A DNA stretch of 64,000 nucleotides from Octopus vulgaris. Lineage: Eukaryota. The notes beneath the pieces were generated by a model, which did no database searches, was not told the origin of the DNA, and saw only the letters and a list, made by a program, of their open reading frames with translations. The stretch spans positions 175,026,001 through 175,090,000 of the forward strand of contig OX597816.1 in assembly GCA_951406725.2 (NCBI GenBank), read 5' to 3'. Shown here piece after piece: positions 25,801 to 38,900 of this stretch. Within the stretch, counting starts at the first letter, position 1; every line of letters begins with the position of its first letter. The translations under genes and the position numbers were made by a program.

Positions 25801-26700
25801 TCATTGAGATTTTCACGATGCATAGTACAGGTGATTGAGATCTGTAATATCAACATCATTAGCTGAAATTATATCCTTAAGTGCAAGGTGGAGTTGACCA
25901 ATTATTTTCAGGTTTTGGTTAGAATTGCAAATTTTTGGGAAAGTGTCATATTCATTCATTCTTGTTTCTTTAATCTTCATCCATTCAATCATGATTTGAT
26001 TTTTTCCGTGCCGGTGGCACATAAAAAGCACCATCCGATCGTGGCCATTGCCAGCCTCACCTGGCTCCCGTTCCGGTGGCACGTAAAAAGCACCATCCGT
26101 CTGTGGCTGTTTGCCAGCTCCGTCTGGCACCTGTGCGGGTGGCACGTAAAAAGCACCCACTACACTCACGAAGTGGTTGACGTTAGGAAGGGCATCCAGC
26201 CGTAGAAACATTGCCAGATCAGACTGGGCCTGATGCAGCCTTCTGGCTTCACAGACCCCAGTTGAACCGTCCAACCCATGCTAGCATGGAAAGCGGACGC
26301 TAAATGATGATAATAATGATGATGATGATGATGTAGTTCTGTTGGGTCAATTTCTGTGTGACTTTCTTCATCTATTTGATTTTCATCAGACCTTGGTGTT
26401 TATGGTCGGTTCAGAGAGTATTTCACTTTGCTTATCAGTTAGATTAACTCTTTCAATCATTATTGCATTTTCATCAGACCTGGGTTGGTTTATAATTATT
26501 TCCTCTGTAGTATCTTCTTTAGTTGCAACTTCCTTCCTTTTATCTCTTACTGATTGTTCAATTTGGTCAATCTCTACTTCAGTTAGTAATTTCTTTTCCA
26601 TAATGTTTCTTCTGACGTTGGCAAGTTTGTTACTGTCTATGTAGGGTCTCACTTCAGGGTGTTTCTGTCTCCAGTTTAAGTAGATTTGTACAGTATTAGA
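22846..26700 (-). mobile_element. Near full-length decayed R4/Dong-clade retrotransposon, interrupted at 26008-26333
   Basis: N-terminal NKLANVRRNIMEKKLLTEVEI; WKSPGKDKIPNFWL; PKNYRLITCL; YMDDLKLF; SETEGFIIVAQDQCL; LLWNFTIQTDRRIDANRPDI; KLSKYKDLEIE; TAA-like tail. Confidence 0.9.
26008..26333 (+). mobile_element. RTE 3'-UTR-only copy nested in the R4/Dong element
   Basis: 3 hairpin modules, family tail, (GAT)n. Confidence 0.87.
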
Positions 26701-26716
26701 TTTATTTTATTTTATT

Positions 26717-27145
26717 TATTTACTCTTTTACTCTTACTCTTTACTCTTTTACTTGTTTCAGTCATTTGACTGCGGCCATGCTGGAGCACCGCCTTTAGTC
26801 GAGCAAATCAACCCCGGGACTTATTCTTTGTAAGCCCAGTACTTATTCTATCGGTCTCTTTTGCCGAACCGCTAAGTGACGGGGACGTAAACACGCCAGC
26901 ATCGGTTGTCAAGCAATGCTAGGGGGACAGACACACAAACACACACACATACAAATACATATATATATATATACATATATACGACAGGCTTCTTTCAGTT
27001 TCCGTCTACCAAATCCACTCACAAGGCATTGGTCGGCCCGGGGCTATAGCAGAAAACACTTGCCCAAGATGCCACGCAGTGGGACTGAATCCGGAACCAT
27101 GTGGTTGGTTAGCAAGCTACTTACCACACAGCCACTCCTGCGCCT
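26717..27145 (-). mobile_element. OK-like tRNA-derived SINE
   Basis: Reverse complement of GGCGCAGGAGTGGCTGTGTGGTAAG..GTCCCACTGCGTGGC..(TA/TG)n..GGCGGTGCTCCAGCATGGCCGCAG..(GTAAAAGA)n. Confidence 0.88.
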
Positions 27146-27429
27146 ATTTATTTATTTACTTATTATTTATTATTTGTTGTTGTTGTTATTATTATTCTGC
27201 TGAGGTTGACTTTGCCTTTCATCCTTTTTGGGGTCAATGAGATAAGTACCAATTATGTACTGGCCTCTCCACCCAGATTTCAGGCTTTGTGCCTATAGCA
27301 GAAAGGATTATTATTGTTGTTATTCCGCTGAGTTGACTTTGCCTTTTAGGGGTCAATAAAATAAGTACCAGTTGGGTACTGGAGTTGATGTAATTGACTT
27401 ATCCCCTTCCCCAAAATTGCTGGGCTTGC

Positions 27430-29100
27430 TATCTGCAACCTACAGTACCATGCTATCTGTTCTTTTTAACTATGTAATACTTTCCTGATTATTCTGGCCA
27501 AGGAGGCAAGTTTTTCACAACAGCTCTACTAGGCACTCTATTACCATTTCCTTCATAATTCTTCTTGATGCCTTCTGATACTGTCCCTCAGGACTCAACA
27601 ATAATTGGCACTATCTTCACCCTTTTCATTTTCCACAGTTGTGTTATCTTGTATTTAAGAGGATTGTATATGTCTATTTTTTCACCTTCCTTCTTCACTA
27701 TTCATGGGTCAAAAGGGCACACAACATCAATTATAGAGCACGTGTGGTTCACTTTGTCTACCACCATTAGGTTCAGCTTGTTGTGCTCAAGCAACTGGTG
27801 TATTTGGATTGGGAAATCTCACAGGATTTTGCAAGTCTCTGACTCAGCCACTCTCTGTAACTTGTCTTCATACCACATGTTGCCTCTTTCTAAACCCCAA
27901 TTTTCACAGTTTCCAATGCAGCACTTTTACTTGTACAAATTTGCCACAATGGAGACATTTGCTTATTTCTAAGGCTGACCCTCCAATTTGTGGCCAAAGC
28001 TTGGTCTTGCACTGCCAGTACAGTGCTCTCAGTTTCTTTTTTCAGTGTTCCTTTCTTTGACCAGTCCTACCTATGTTCTCCAGCAATTTTAGTTACGGTT
28101 ACATGGACTTTATTGTGTGGTCCCTTTTTTGCGTAGTGCTTCTTCATATCCTTCTTGTTTTGTTCTTTTCTTTTTTTCTGCTTTCAATATGCCCTCATCA
28201 CTAACTGCCACTATCAAGGTTTCCTCACTTTGGGTAAGATATCTCAGCAAGTTCCCATGTTCAATATGCACACAGTCCACATTTATTAGCCCCCTTCCTC
28301 CATTCTCTTCATGTATAGGTGATCAATGTCTGAACCTTGATGATGAACTCCATGCATGGTTAGGAGCTTTCCTGTCCAACTCCTTTAGTCTATCCTCTGT
28401 CCACTTCAGAATTCCAGTTTCATACCAAACCACTGTAATTGCATGTAAGTCTGCTGCCAAATTTATGTTATTAGCATCCAACCTTCATTCAAATATCTTT
28501 CTCAATCACCGTAGATACTTTTTCTTTGTCTTTTCTTTCATATCATTATGCTTATTTCCCTCTGCTGCAAGTATTCCCAAAGAGTCCTATTTCATCCCAT
28601 TTTGATTTCATGCATTTTTGGAATCCCCTTCTATCATGTTCACTTCTGATCTAGCACTCAATTACAGTTTGGCTTGCCTCTTTGTCTCACCTTTTTCTGT
28701 TTCTGACTTTGAGCATAAGCACTTTCTGGATGATGACTGGGCTTGTACTGCTCAACCACAGAGCACCTGCCAGGAAAAAGGCCTTTACCATTGGTTCCAG
28801 CTTCATTCACACTATTATTTGATACATTTGTATTGCACATTTTCACTTAATATTGAGTTTTGTGTTTTAAGGTTAGCCACCAACCAGTATTTTTATTGAG
28901 TCACCATCTCTAGAAAGATTGCCAACCATGACTGACAGGCTCTTACTAACCATAAGTTATTCCCTTTCTCATTTCTGAGTGTTGGGGAGCATGGGCACTT
29001 ACTATTCTTATGATGTCCATGGTTCTCACTGGGAAATAGATGACATCGGTTGGTCTCATATCCTCGTCCAACCATTACTCAGAAGCTGGCTATGAAGTTT
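27430..29100 (-). mobile_element. R4/Dong-clade element with a large internal deletion (5' end joined to 3' part)
   Basis: 3' part (KILWDF.IQ, PNLMVVDK...CSIIDV.CPFD) at 27430-28610 abuts the N-terminus NEAGTNGKGLFPGRC (28658..28846) and a 5' UTR shared with 20090-20200. Confidence 0.65.
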
Positions 29101-29387
29101 TATCATCATCATCATCATTATTATCATCATGATATGCTTTGCAATATTTGTTCTAATTCTTTACATTCTGAGTTCAAATCCCATAGAATTTGATAAAATA
29201 AGGTACCCACCAATATTACTATGCCTAAATTAGAAACAATCATTATTGATCTTTCACCTATGTTAAAAACAATTATTATTATTATTCATTAGAGAAATCA
29301 TTTTATTCATTATTTAAAAAATTTGTATATTTATGTTGTACTTATGTGTTCTTATGATGGTATGTGTATTAGGAGTATGTATGTCTA

Positions 29388-29682
29388 AGCACCATCTGTT
29401 TGTGGACGTTGCCAGCCTCGCCTAGCCCCCGTGCCGGTGGCACGTAAAAGCACCATCCGATCATGGCCATTTGCCAGCCTCGTCTGGCACCTGTGCCGGT
29501 GGCACGTAAAAAGTACCCACTACACTCATGGAGTGGTTAGCGTTAGGAAGGGCATCCAGCCGTAGAAACATTGCCAGATCAGACTGGGCCTGGTGCAGCC
29601 TTCTGGCTTCCCAGAGCCCGGTTGAACCGTCCAACCCATGCTAGCATGGAAAGCGGATGCTAAACGATATTGATGATGATGA
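29388..29682 (+). mobile_element. RTE 3'-UTR-only copy about 100 bp upstream of the SDR exon
   Basis: Hairpin modules, family tail, (GAT)n. Confidence 0.85.
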
Positions 29683-29779
29683 TATAGTGTAATGTAGTGT
29701 CTTTGTTGTCTTTGATTGATTCTCATCATCATTATGCAACTTCAAATATGCCAAATATCTTTATTCTTTTTTTATGAAG

Positions 29780-29945
29780 TGAAAGGAAAGAAATCTATAG
29801 AATTGGTAAGAAAGTACAGAAGGAAGTTGGAGATGTTACTATTTTAGTCAACAATGCTGGTGTTGTGATTGGGAAAAGTTTTTTGGAATGTCCAGATGAA
29901 GAAATTGAAAATTCCTTTCAAGTGAATACACTTGCTTACTTTTGG
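29780..29945 (+). CDS. SDR16C-like dehydrogenase internal exon (NNAG motif)
   Basis: T-rich tract + AG at 29778-29779; encodes [41 protein letters not shown]; donor GTAAG at 29946. Confidence 0.9.
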
Positions 29946-32900
29946 GTAAGTTATACAACCGCCTTTATCAGACTTTTTTTTGTGTTTTTATTATCTGTTC
30001 TTAATTGTCCTCCCATTATTTGTGTCACATGACCATGGATTTTAGAGATGTTTTTCAGCTTGCCACCCTGCACAACTCATGACAAGTTTCCCTCCTACCT
30101 GTCATGAGGAGAGATGGAAGAAAGGGAGACTTGAAAGACTTTTCTAATCTAAAGGTACACTAAAACAGGAATGTTGGTGATTTGCAACACCATTTCTAAA
30201 ACTTTATTCAGTTAGCTATTGCTATACTCCTTTCTTTGCAATCAAAAGTATTATGTTTCATATTAAAATATATATCAGAAATAACATGCATACACTTGCA
30301 CATGACACTAAATGACACACTATGCATACCAAAGAAGCATGAACAACACTGCACCCTGAGTGTACATTGCAGATAGCTGAAGCTGTTATTCTACCTATAA
30401 TACTGCAGGGAGACACACTCGCCCCATTTCTTTTCATCATTGTCGTTGACTACGTGCTACATATGTCAGTTGATACCATCTCTGGCAAGAGCTTTGAAAT
30501 AAAACCTAGAAGAAGTTCCAGACACCCAGCTGAATACTTGACAGACACTGACTTTGCTGACGACATCGCTCTTAGTGATTCTCTCTTCAATGCCCAGTCT
30601 CTTTTACAATCTCTCGAACAAGCCTCAAATTGTGTAGGTCTTTACCTCAATGAGGCCAAGACTGAATATATAAACAAGTGCCTGTCCAACAGTGATTGCA
30701 TCATCCATACTCTCAACAATGTGTCCTTAAAATGCTACCTATAAGTGCATTCTTTGATTTACTTTAGGCTTTAGAGCTATTTCTCCTGATATCTTCCTAG
30801 GAAGCAGGCCTGAGAAAATAGTATGGAGTACTCCCAAGGAGGTTGTTCTTTATGCAGCTGTTCTCAGCTGTATACATCACATGGCTATCCTAGCACAGTC
30901 TTCTCTTTTGCACACTACATCTGATTCCTCTTATACCCAATTTTTCTCTCAACATATTCACACTTTGTTGTACGTACACACTGGCATTGCACATCCAGGA
31001 AGAACATGCTAGATTCATTTTTGTCAAGGCTTCACATCTACTTCTCTGTATTCACAGCCCATTTTTCACAACCATTTAACATAGCTGTTCATTCACAAGC
31101 ATAATACAATCTGCCTTTTACTTAGGGGTAATAGTTCTGTCAACTTTCCCCAGCCAGTTCTTTTTCTAGCATCTGTGTTTTTAGAGCATCTTCCTCAATT
31201 GCTAATTTGGACACCTAGGTAATAGAAACTACATGGAGGCGCAATGGCCCAGTGGTTAGGGCAGCGGACTCGCGGTCATAGGATCGCGGTTTCGATTCCC
31301 AGACCGGGCGTTGTGAGTGTTTATTGAGCGAAAACACCTAAAGCTCCATGAAGCTCCGGCAGGGGATGGTGGTGATCCCTGCTGTACTCTTTCACCACAA
31401 CTTTCTCTCACTCTTACTTCCTGTTTCTGTTGTAGCTGTATTTCAAGGGGCTGGCCTTGTCACTCTCTGTGTCACGCTGAATATCCCCGAGAACTACGTT
31501 AAGGGTACACATGTCTGTGGAGTGCTCAGCCACTTACATGTTAATTTCACGAGCAGGCTGTTCCGTTGATTCGGATCAACCGGAACCCTCGTCGTCGTAA
31601 CCGATGGAGTGCTTCCATCCCATCCAATAGAAACTATCTACTACCTCAAAGAATCCTCCTGGACATCTGAGGAAATCTATTTCCTGTGTGGTTTTAGTTT
31701 TTATTGTTCCTGCATATTTACCATATATAAAGACTACTTTCTCTGTTAACCTTCCTGTGATTCCACTGCACCTCAGTAGCTAAAACGGCACACGCTTTAT
31801 GGAACTTCTTCCTACACATTTCCTACATATCAAGCAGAGCTATTTCCTTGAAGAAGTTAATAGTCTGTCTGCTTTCCTGCTTACGAGGTCTTTAGGCTTT
31901 GCAATGTCAACTCTTAGGTCCTTTGATTCCAAGGTTTACTTCCACACCTGAAATTTCTTCTCTAATTCTACTAATTATAGATTTAGCCACAAGGACAAGG
32001 TCATCAGCGTAGAGGAGCTCCCATGGACACACAAACTTAAATTCCTGTTATGGCCTGGAGGACTTTGATAAATAAAAGGGGGCTGAGAAATAAATGTATA
32101 TATTGGGTCATCCTGTAAATAATGCGTTTTTTTTATATACTTCTTTTATTTTTCAAAACTAAGTTAAACATAATTCTTTTTTAATCTAAAATATACTCTC
32201 CTTCATTTTCTACAATGCTCTTCCATCTATCTGATAGACTAGAAAAATTACTCTTAAAATAGAACTGCACTCTTCAACACTTGCACTAAGAATAAGTACA
32301 AGGAAAAATTACTACCTGATTTTATAGCAAGTTGATGCAGGTAGTTTATCCTGACCCCCTCCAGCTTTTAGTTCATGCAATTGAATAAACCACATTATTT
32401 ATGGGATGACCCAATATACACATATGCATGTGTGTGTAAACTATTTTACTTATAAAATGTACATGCACACATGTAGGTGCAGATGTGGGTGTGGTGTAAG
32501 ATGCTTGCTTCCCATGGTTCTGGGTTCAGTACAACTGAGTGGCACATTGGGTAATTTTTTTATACTTATTGCCTTGTGAGTGGATTTGATAGATAGAAAC
32601 TTAAAGAAGCCTGTTATAGCTTGTCAAACCAAGTGAGAGCATAGTTGTGGCAAATGCTGGTGTCACATAACTGGCATCTGTGCTGGTGGTATGTAAAAAG
32701 CACTCACTACACTCTTGGAGTTGGTATTAGGAAGGAAATCAAACTGTAGAAATTAGACTGAAACCTGGTGCAGCTCCCCAGTTTCCCAGTTTTCAATCAA
32801 ACCCATGCCAGCATGGAAAACGGATGTTAAACAATGATGATGATGATGATACAGGTGCAGGAGTGGCTGTGTGGTAAGTAGCTTGCTAACCAACCACATG

Positions 32901-35900
32901 GTTACGGGTTCAGTCCCACTGCGTGGCATCTTGGGCAAGTGTCTTCTGCTATAGCCCCGGGCCGACCAATGCCTTGTGAGTGGATTTGGTAGACGGAAAC
33001 TGAAAGAAGCCTGTCGTATATATGTATATATATATATGTATGTGTGTTTGTGTTTGTCTCCCTAGCATTGCTTGACAACCGATGCTGGTGTGTTTATGTC
33101 CCCGTCACTTAGAGGTTCGGCAAAAGAGACCGATAGAATAAGTACTGGGCTTACAAAGAATAAGTCCCGGGGTCGATTTGCTCGACTAAAAGGCGGTGCT
33201 CCAGCATGGCCACAGTCAAATGACTGAAACAAGTAAAAGAGTAAAAGAGAAAAGAGTAATATATATCTGTGTGTCTTGATAACTGGTATTGGTTTGTTTA
33301 TGTCTCCATAACTTTGTGGTTTGGCAAAAGAGACTGATAGGATAAGTACCAGGCTTAAAAAGGGTTGATGTGTTTGACTAAACCTTTCAAAGCAGTGCCC
33401 CGTCATGGCTGCAGTCCAATGACTGAAACGAGTAAAAGATAAGAGACAAAAGATATGTGTATACATGTATGTGCTGTATATTTTTAAGGTTATCACAGCA
33501 AGAAATCAACTGACTAATCAAATAATAAGTAGCTTTACAATACTTATCTTATTAACCTACTTAGATTGTAGTATATTTACATTTTCAAAATGTTATATTA
33601 TTGTACATGCACACACACATAGATGTACACACCTATGAACATTTGTATCCTTTACACATTATTATTAGCACTAAGTTCATAGCAAGGCAAATTTGTGACA
33701 CAACTTTGATTTTCTTTTGGATAATTTCACAAACATCACAACTTTCCTTTAAAATTTTCAACTTTATGCTTAAATAAGAAACAAATATCAGATATATTTA
33801 TTTCAATCAAGTGTGATATGCAATTAAGCATCATGTCTTTATTCCCTGATATTAGATGTTATGTACATCAGTTTGAGACTAAAAGAGCAACAAACCACAG
33901 ATAGAGCTCATATCTATCTGTTGCTAGGTAACTACATTACTAATTATACTACAAAGCTATTCCATCTCTTCAAAGTAGATGTTTTACAATCTTGGTATTT
34001 TGACTTTTGGCCTCCCAATCATTAGATCATGGGTTGTGTTCCTGCCTCAGGTGGTGCACCATTTCAGGTTGCTCCAATTCACTCACCTGAATATGAATGT
34101 CAACAAGAACAGCAACAGCTGGGAGTGAGCTCTGTAATGGACTGATGTCCTCTTTGAGGAAGTTTCTTGTGCTGTCAGTCACTTAAATGACCTCCAAACC
34201 AGGATAATCTCTGGATAATGAGCCTATAGGCATGAGACTGACTTTATCTTTATTAATGATAAAATTTATTTTCACTATAGGGTAAGATAATTTAATCCCC
34301 ACAAAATAATTATCTGGTGGATGTATATTATTAATATAATTTCCTCCTAGCTTAAAAATAATTGTTCCTAGTTTAACCCTTTCATTACTGTATTTATTTT
34401 GAGATGCTCTGTGTTTCTTTCAATTACTTTAAATACAACAAAGAATTTACTAAAATAACTTAGTTATCATTCAGCTAGTGTTAGGAACATAAATTGTGAC
34501 CAAGGTTTGGTGGAAGATTTTAATTCAAAACTTCTGAAAACAAGACATTTGTATTCAGAGCCAGAGCCGGTTTCAGCTGGGCTGGTAATGAAAGGGTTAA
34601 ATCCAGTCTGGTATAATATAAATGTTAAAAAAATTTAACCATCAGTGATCATTTATTATAATTTTATTACCACATATTAAATGTTAGTCTCTTTCTCTGT
34701 TTTTCTTTATTGAATGATGTACTGTCCTTCCATGGAACCCTTTTCACATTTAAATCTCATGTAATATGTCATTCTTTTTCATTCAGTTTCTCTGTATGCT
34801 TTGTTTGCTGACAGACTATAAAAGTATTTCTACCAAAAATGATTGAGAAAAACTATGGGCATATTGTGAACATGTCAAGTTCTTTGGGCCTAACAGGAAT
34901 AAATAAGTTAACTGATTATTGCTCTACAAAATTTGCTGTGGTTGGCTTCAATGAAGTCTTAAGCTATGAACTTCAACATGACCAGTGTGATGGCATTAAG
35001 ACTACCCTGATTTGCCCACAGTGTGTCAAAACACGTATGTTTGAAGGTTGTAAATTAAGGTAAGGAAACATCTGTTGATATTTTGATTTATAAAAACGTG
35101 TGTGTGTGTGTGTATGTTGTTGTTGTTGTTGATGTTGTCATATGAATTTAGAAACTTTGAGAGGAAGTGAAATAATTCCTTTTTGGAATATCTATATGTA
35201 TGTATCTATATATAGTTGTTTAAGAATCCATAGTTCAGAAAAAATATGCACTTGTATATTTGTCAATAGAGTGGATATATTAACTGAAGTGTACAATATT
35301 ATCCACTATGACTGACCTTATCAATTGGTTTTATGCTGGATATTTGACCAGATGTTAGATAGCAGCCCAGTTACATAATATTGCATGTTCATCAGGTATG
35401 GAAAAAGATATGGTGACGTTTGTTTTTGTTTTGTTTTTTTGGAGGTGAAAAACCACATCCAGTTTGCGAGCGCTCTGAGTAAAGACAATACAAACTAAAT
35501 AAGGATTGTATTGAGAGTTACGTCTCTTGGCTTCAAAACAAAGAGTTTAAACAAAACATACACAAATCAAAATAGAGATACATGCACACACACACCCCCA
35601 TTTCCTCTCTGCAATACCTTATACATATATTATCCCTGCACACATTTTCAGAAAACTCTTGTAGACATACATCTCAGAGACCTTTGGGGCCAAAGGACAA
35701 AACTCTTGATGTAACCCTTCAGTTTGTTTCATCTGTTTTCACAGCACCTACAAACCAGATGTGATTCCGGCACCAGTTCTGCATAGCCCCTGCCCATTCA
35801 AAGTACCTTGGATCCCAGAACATCTCGTTGTGCTTGAGGAGACCTGTCGAGTCAAGTGCATGTACATGAACATCGAAACAAATATCAATGGAAATAGTAG

Positions 35901-38900
35901 TTGTGAAGCACCATTCGCTCGTGGCCGTTTGCCAGCTCTGCCTGGCCCCGTGTTGGTGGCACGTAAAAGCACCATCCGTTCGTGTTCGTTGCCAGCCTCG
36001 CCTGGCCCCGTGCCGGTGACACGTAAAAGCACCGTCCGTTCGTGGCCGTTTGCCAGCTCTGTCTGGCCCCGTGTCGGTGGCACGTAAAAGCACCATCCGT
36101 TCGTGTCCGTTGCCAGCCTCGCCTGGCCCCGTGCCGGTGACACGTAAAAGCACCGTCCGTTCGTGGCCGTTTGCCAGCTCTGTCTGGCCCCGTGTCGGTG
36201 GCACGTAAAAGCACCATCCGTTCGTGTCCGTTGCCAGCATCGCCTGGCCCCGTGCCGGTGACACGTAAAAGCACCATCCGTTCGTGGCCGTTCGCCAGCT
36301 CTGTCTGGCACGTAAAAAACACCCACTACACTCGCGGAGTGGTTGGCGTTAGGAAGGGCATCCAGCCGTAGATACACTGCCAGATCTGACTGGGCCTGAC
36401 GAAGCCTTCCAGCTTCACAGACCCCAGTTGACCCGTCCAACCCATGCTAGCATGGAAAGCGGACGCTAAACGATGATGATGATGATGATGATGTTACCTG
36501 TGCCGGTGGCACATAAAAAGCACCATCCGAACGTGGCCGATGCCAGTGCCGCCTTGGCTGGCTTCTGTGCCAGTGGCACGTTAAAAGCACCAACCGATCG
36601 TGGCTGATGCCAGACTCCCCTGGCACCTGTGCCGGTGGCACGTAAAAAGCACCCACTACACTCGCAGAGTGGTTGACATTAGGAAGGGCATCCAGCTGTA
36701 GAAACACTGCCAGATCAGACTGGAGCCTGGTGCAGCCCCTGGCTTCCCAGACCCCGGTCGAACCGTCCAACCCATGCTAACGCGGAAAACGGACGTTAAA
36801 CGATGATGATGATAGCAGTGATTAGTCACCATATTTTTTTCATACTGGCTAGCTTTGACGAGCGTGTGGTATTATGTAACTGTGCTGTTATCTAACATCC
36901 GGTTTAATATCCTGTGTGAAACCAATTGGTAAGACTGGCCATAATGGATATATAATGCTATATAATACTGTACACTTATATATACATACTAGCAGTATCG
37001 CCCGGCGTTGCTCGGGTTTGTAAGGGAAATAACTATATAACCATTTTTAGAGAGTTATAGCCAATAAATAGAAAAAAATGCATTAAAAATGGAAAAAAAA
37101 TGATGGTAAATTTTTTTTTAAATCGTAGACTCATCGTAGACACGCGCTAATACCCAGAAGGGCTTGATATGAATCACGACTATAAGATACCCGAATTTGG
37201 TTAAATTGCACCGCAAAATGTGGGAGTAGTTAGGAATTTAAATCATAGGAGACAGACACACAACTTCACTTTTATATATAAAGATATGCACACACACACA
37301 AATGAAAAATACATATTGTGTACAGGACATCACCAATGAGTGAAAAATACGTAAACGCACTGAGAATATTTGAGAAAGAAAGGTGGATTTATGCTAGGTA
37401 TCTTGCTAGAGAGGAAATATATAGTTACCCCATATTATATATAGGGGTGAGAATAGTTGAGAGGATAAAAGGAAGGCAGTGATGGAGTACCAGAGCAAAC
37501 TCTCGACTCTCAAGGTGAGCTTAAAAGAGGGTACAGACAATGGGTATTGGAAGAGGAGGAGAGGGTGGATAATTTCACAAGAGTGTGAGTAGGGAGTAAC
37601 ATTTAAAGATGAGGTTAAAATGAATGTAGTGAGAGGTGACCAAGGATGGAGGTGTGATAGAAGGGAAATATCAGTATGGGCGCAGGAGTGGCTGTGTGGT
37701 AAGTATGGTTCCGGGTTCAGTCCCACTGCGTGGCATCTTGAGCAAGTGTCTTCTGCTATAGCCCCGGGCCGACCAATGCCTTGTGAGTGGATTTGGTAGA
37801 TGGAAACTGTCGTATATATGTATATATATATAAGTGTGTGTGTATATGTTTGTGTGTCTGTGTTTGTCCCCCTAGCATTGCTTGACAACCGATGCTGGTG
37901 TGTTTACGTCCCCGTCACTTAGCAGTTCGGCAAAAGAGACCGATAGAATAAGTACTGGGCTTACAAAGAATAAGTCCCGGGGTCGATTTGCTCGACTAAA
38001 GGTGGTGCTCCAGCATGGCCGCAGTCAAATGACTGAAACAAGTAAAAGAGTAAAAGAGAGATGGAGAGGAATAAATTTAGAGATATAGGAGTGGCTCAGG
38101 AGGAGAATAGATCATTAGCAGAAGAAGGAGTAGCAAGGTGAAGGAGTAGTGGAGATGGGTATATAAAGGTGCATAAGGGGCTATAAACAGTGGGACATGG
38201 TGGCAGATATGAAGGGGCATTGAGAATGATAGCAGAGAAGAGAGGTGTTAAGAATGGAATGTAGCAGAGGAGAGAGAGTAGTAGCTGAAGTTTACAGAAA
38301 GGAGGTGATTAGTAGAAATAGTGTGGGCATAGTTGATAATGAGAAATGAAAGTAGCTTGAGGAAGGGAAGTAGGGCAGTGACTGGAAGGGTGGGAATGGG
38401 ATATGAGGGAAGTTGAAAAAACAGAATAAAAAAGATAAAGGAATTAAGGAAAAATATTGATGTCAAAAAAAAAAGGAAAGAAAAAAAGAAAGGAAAAATT
38501 TTAAATATGAAAAGACTTTCTTCACAGCAGCTGATTTTTCAAGGATGGTTAATTGTCCATAGGCTATATTTTCTAGTTGGCTAGTATATATCTGTCTGTG
38601 AGAAGACATCTTGTAAAGATTTGATTTTTAGAATCGAGAGAAGCATTAGGAAAGCTTTGTAGAATTTGTGTCTTCTCACTCAAATTTTCTTAGAAAAGCC
38701 AGATATTACAACTCTTGGCCGTTACAATCTGCCAATAAGGCAGATGGGGAACAAGTTCGTATCTACAATCACGAATTGTTGCCACGACAACCACTGAGGT
38801 GTGGGCTGGAGCATTGTCATGATGAAAAAGGACTCCTCTGGTGAGCATTCCTGGCCTTTTTTCTTTGATTGCTTCCTGGAGGCATTAGGGTAACTGAGAA

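Noticed and set aside
35905-36325. CRISPR-like array (palindromic repeat of about 30 bp plus spacer of about 30 bp); also 3750-4385
   Set aside because: Spacers are homologous to each other, there are no cas genes, the context is eukaryotic and the array is part of a retrotransposon 3' UTR
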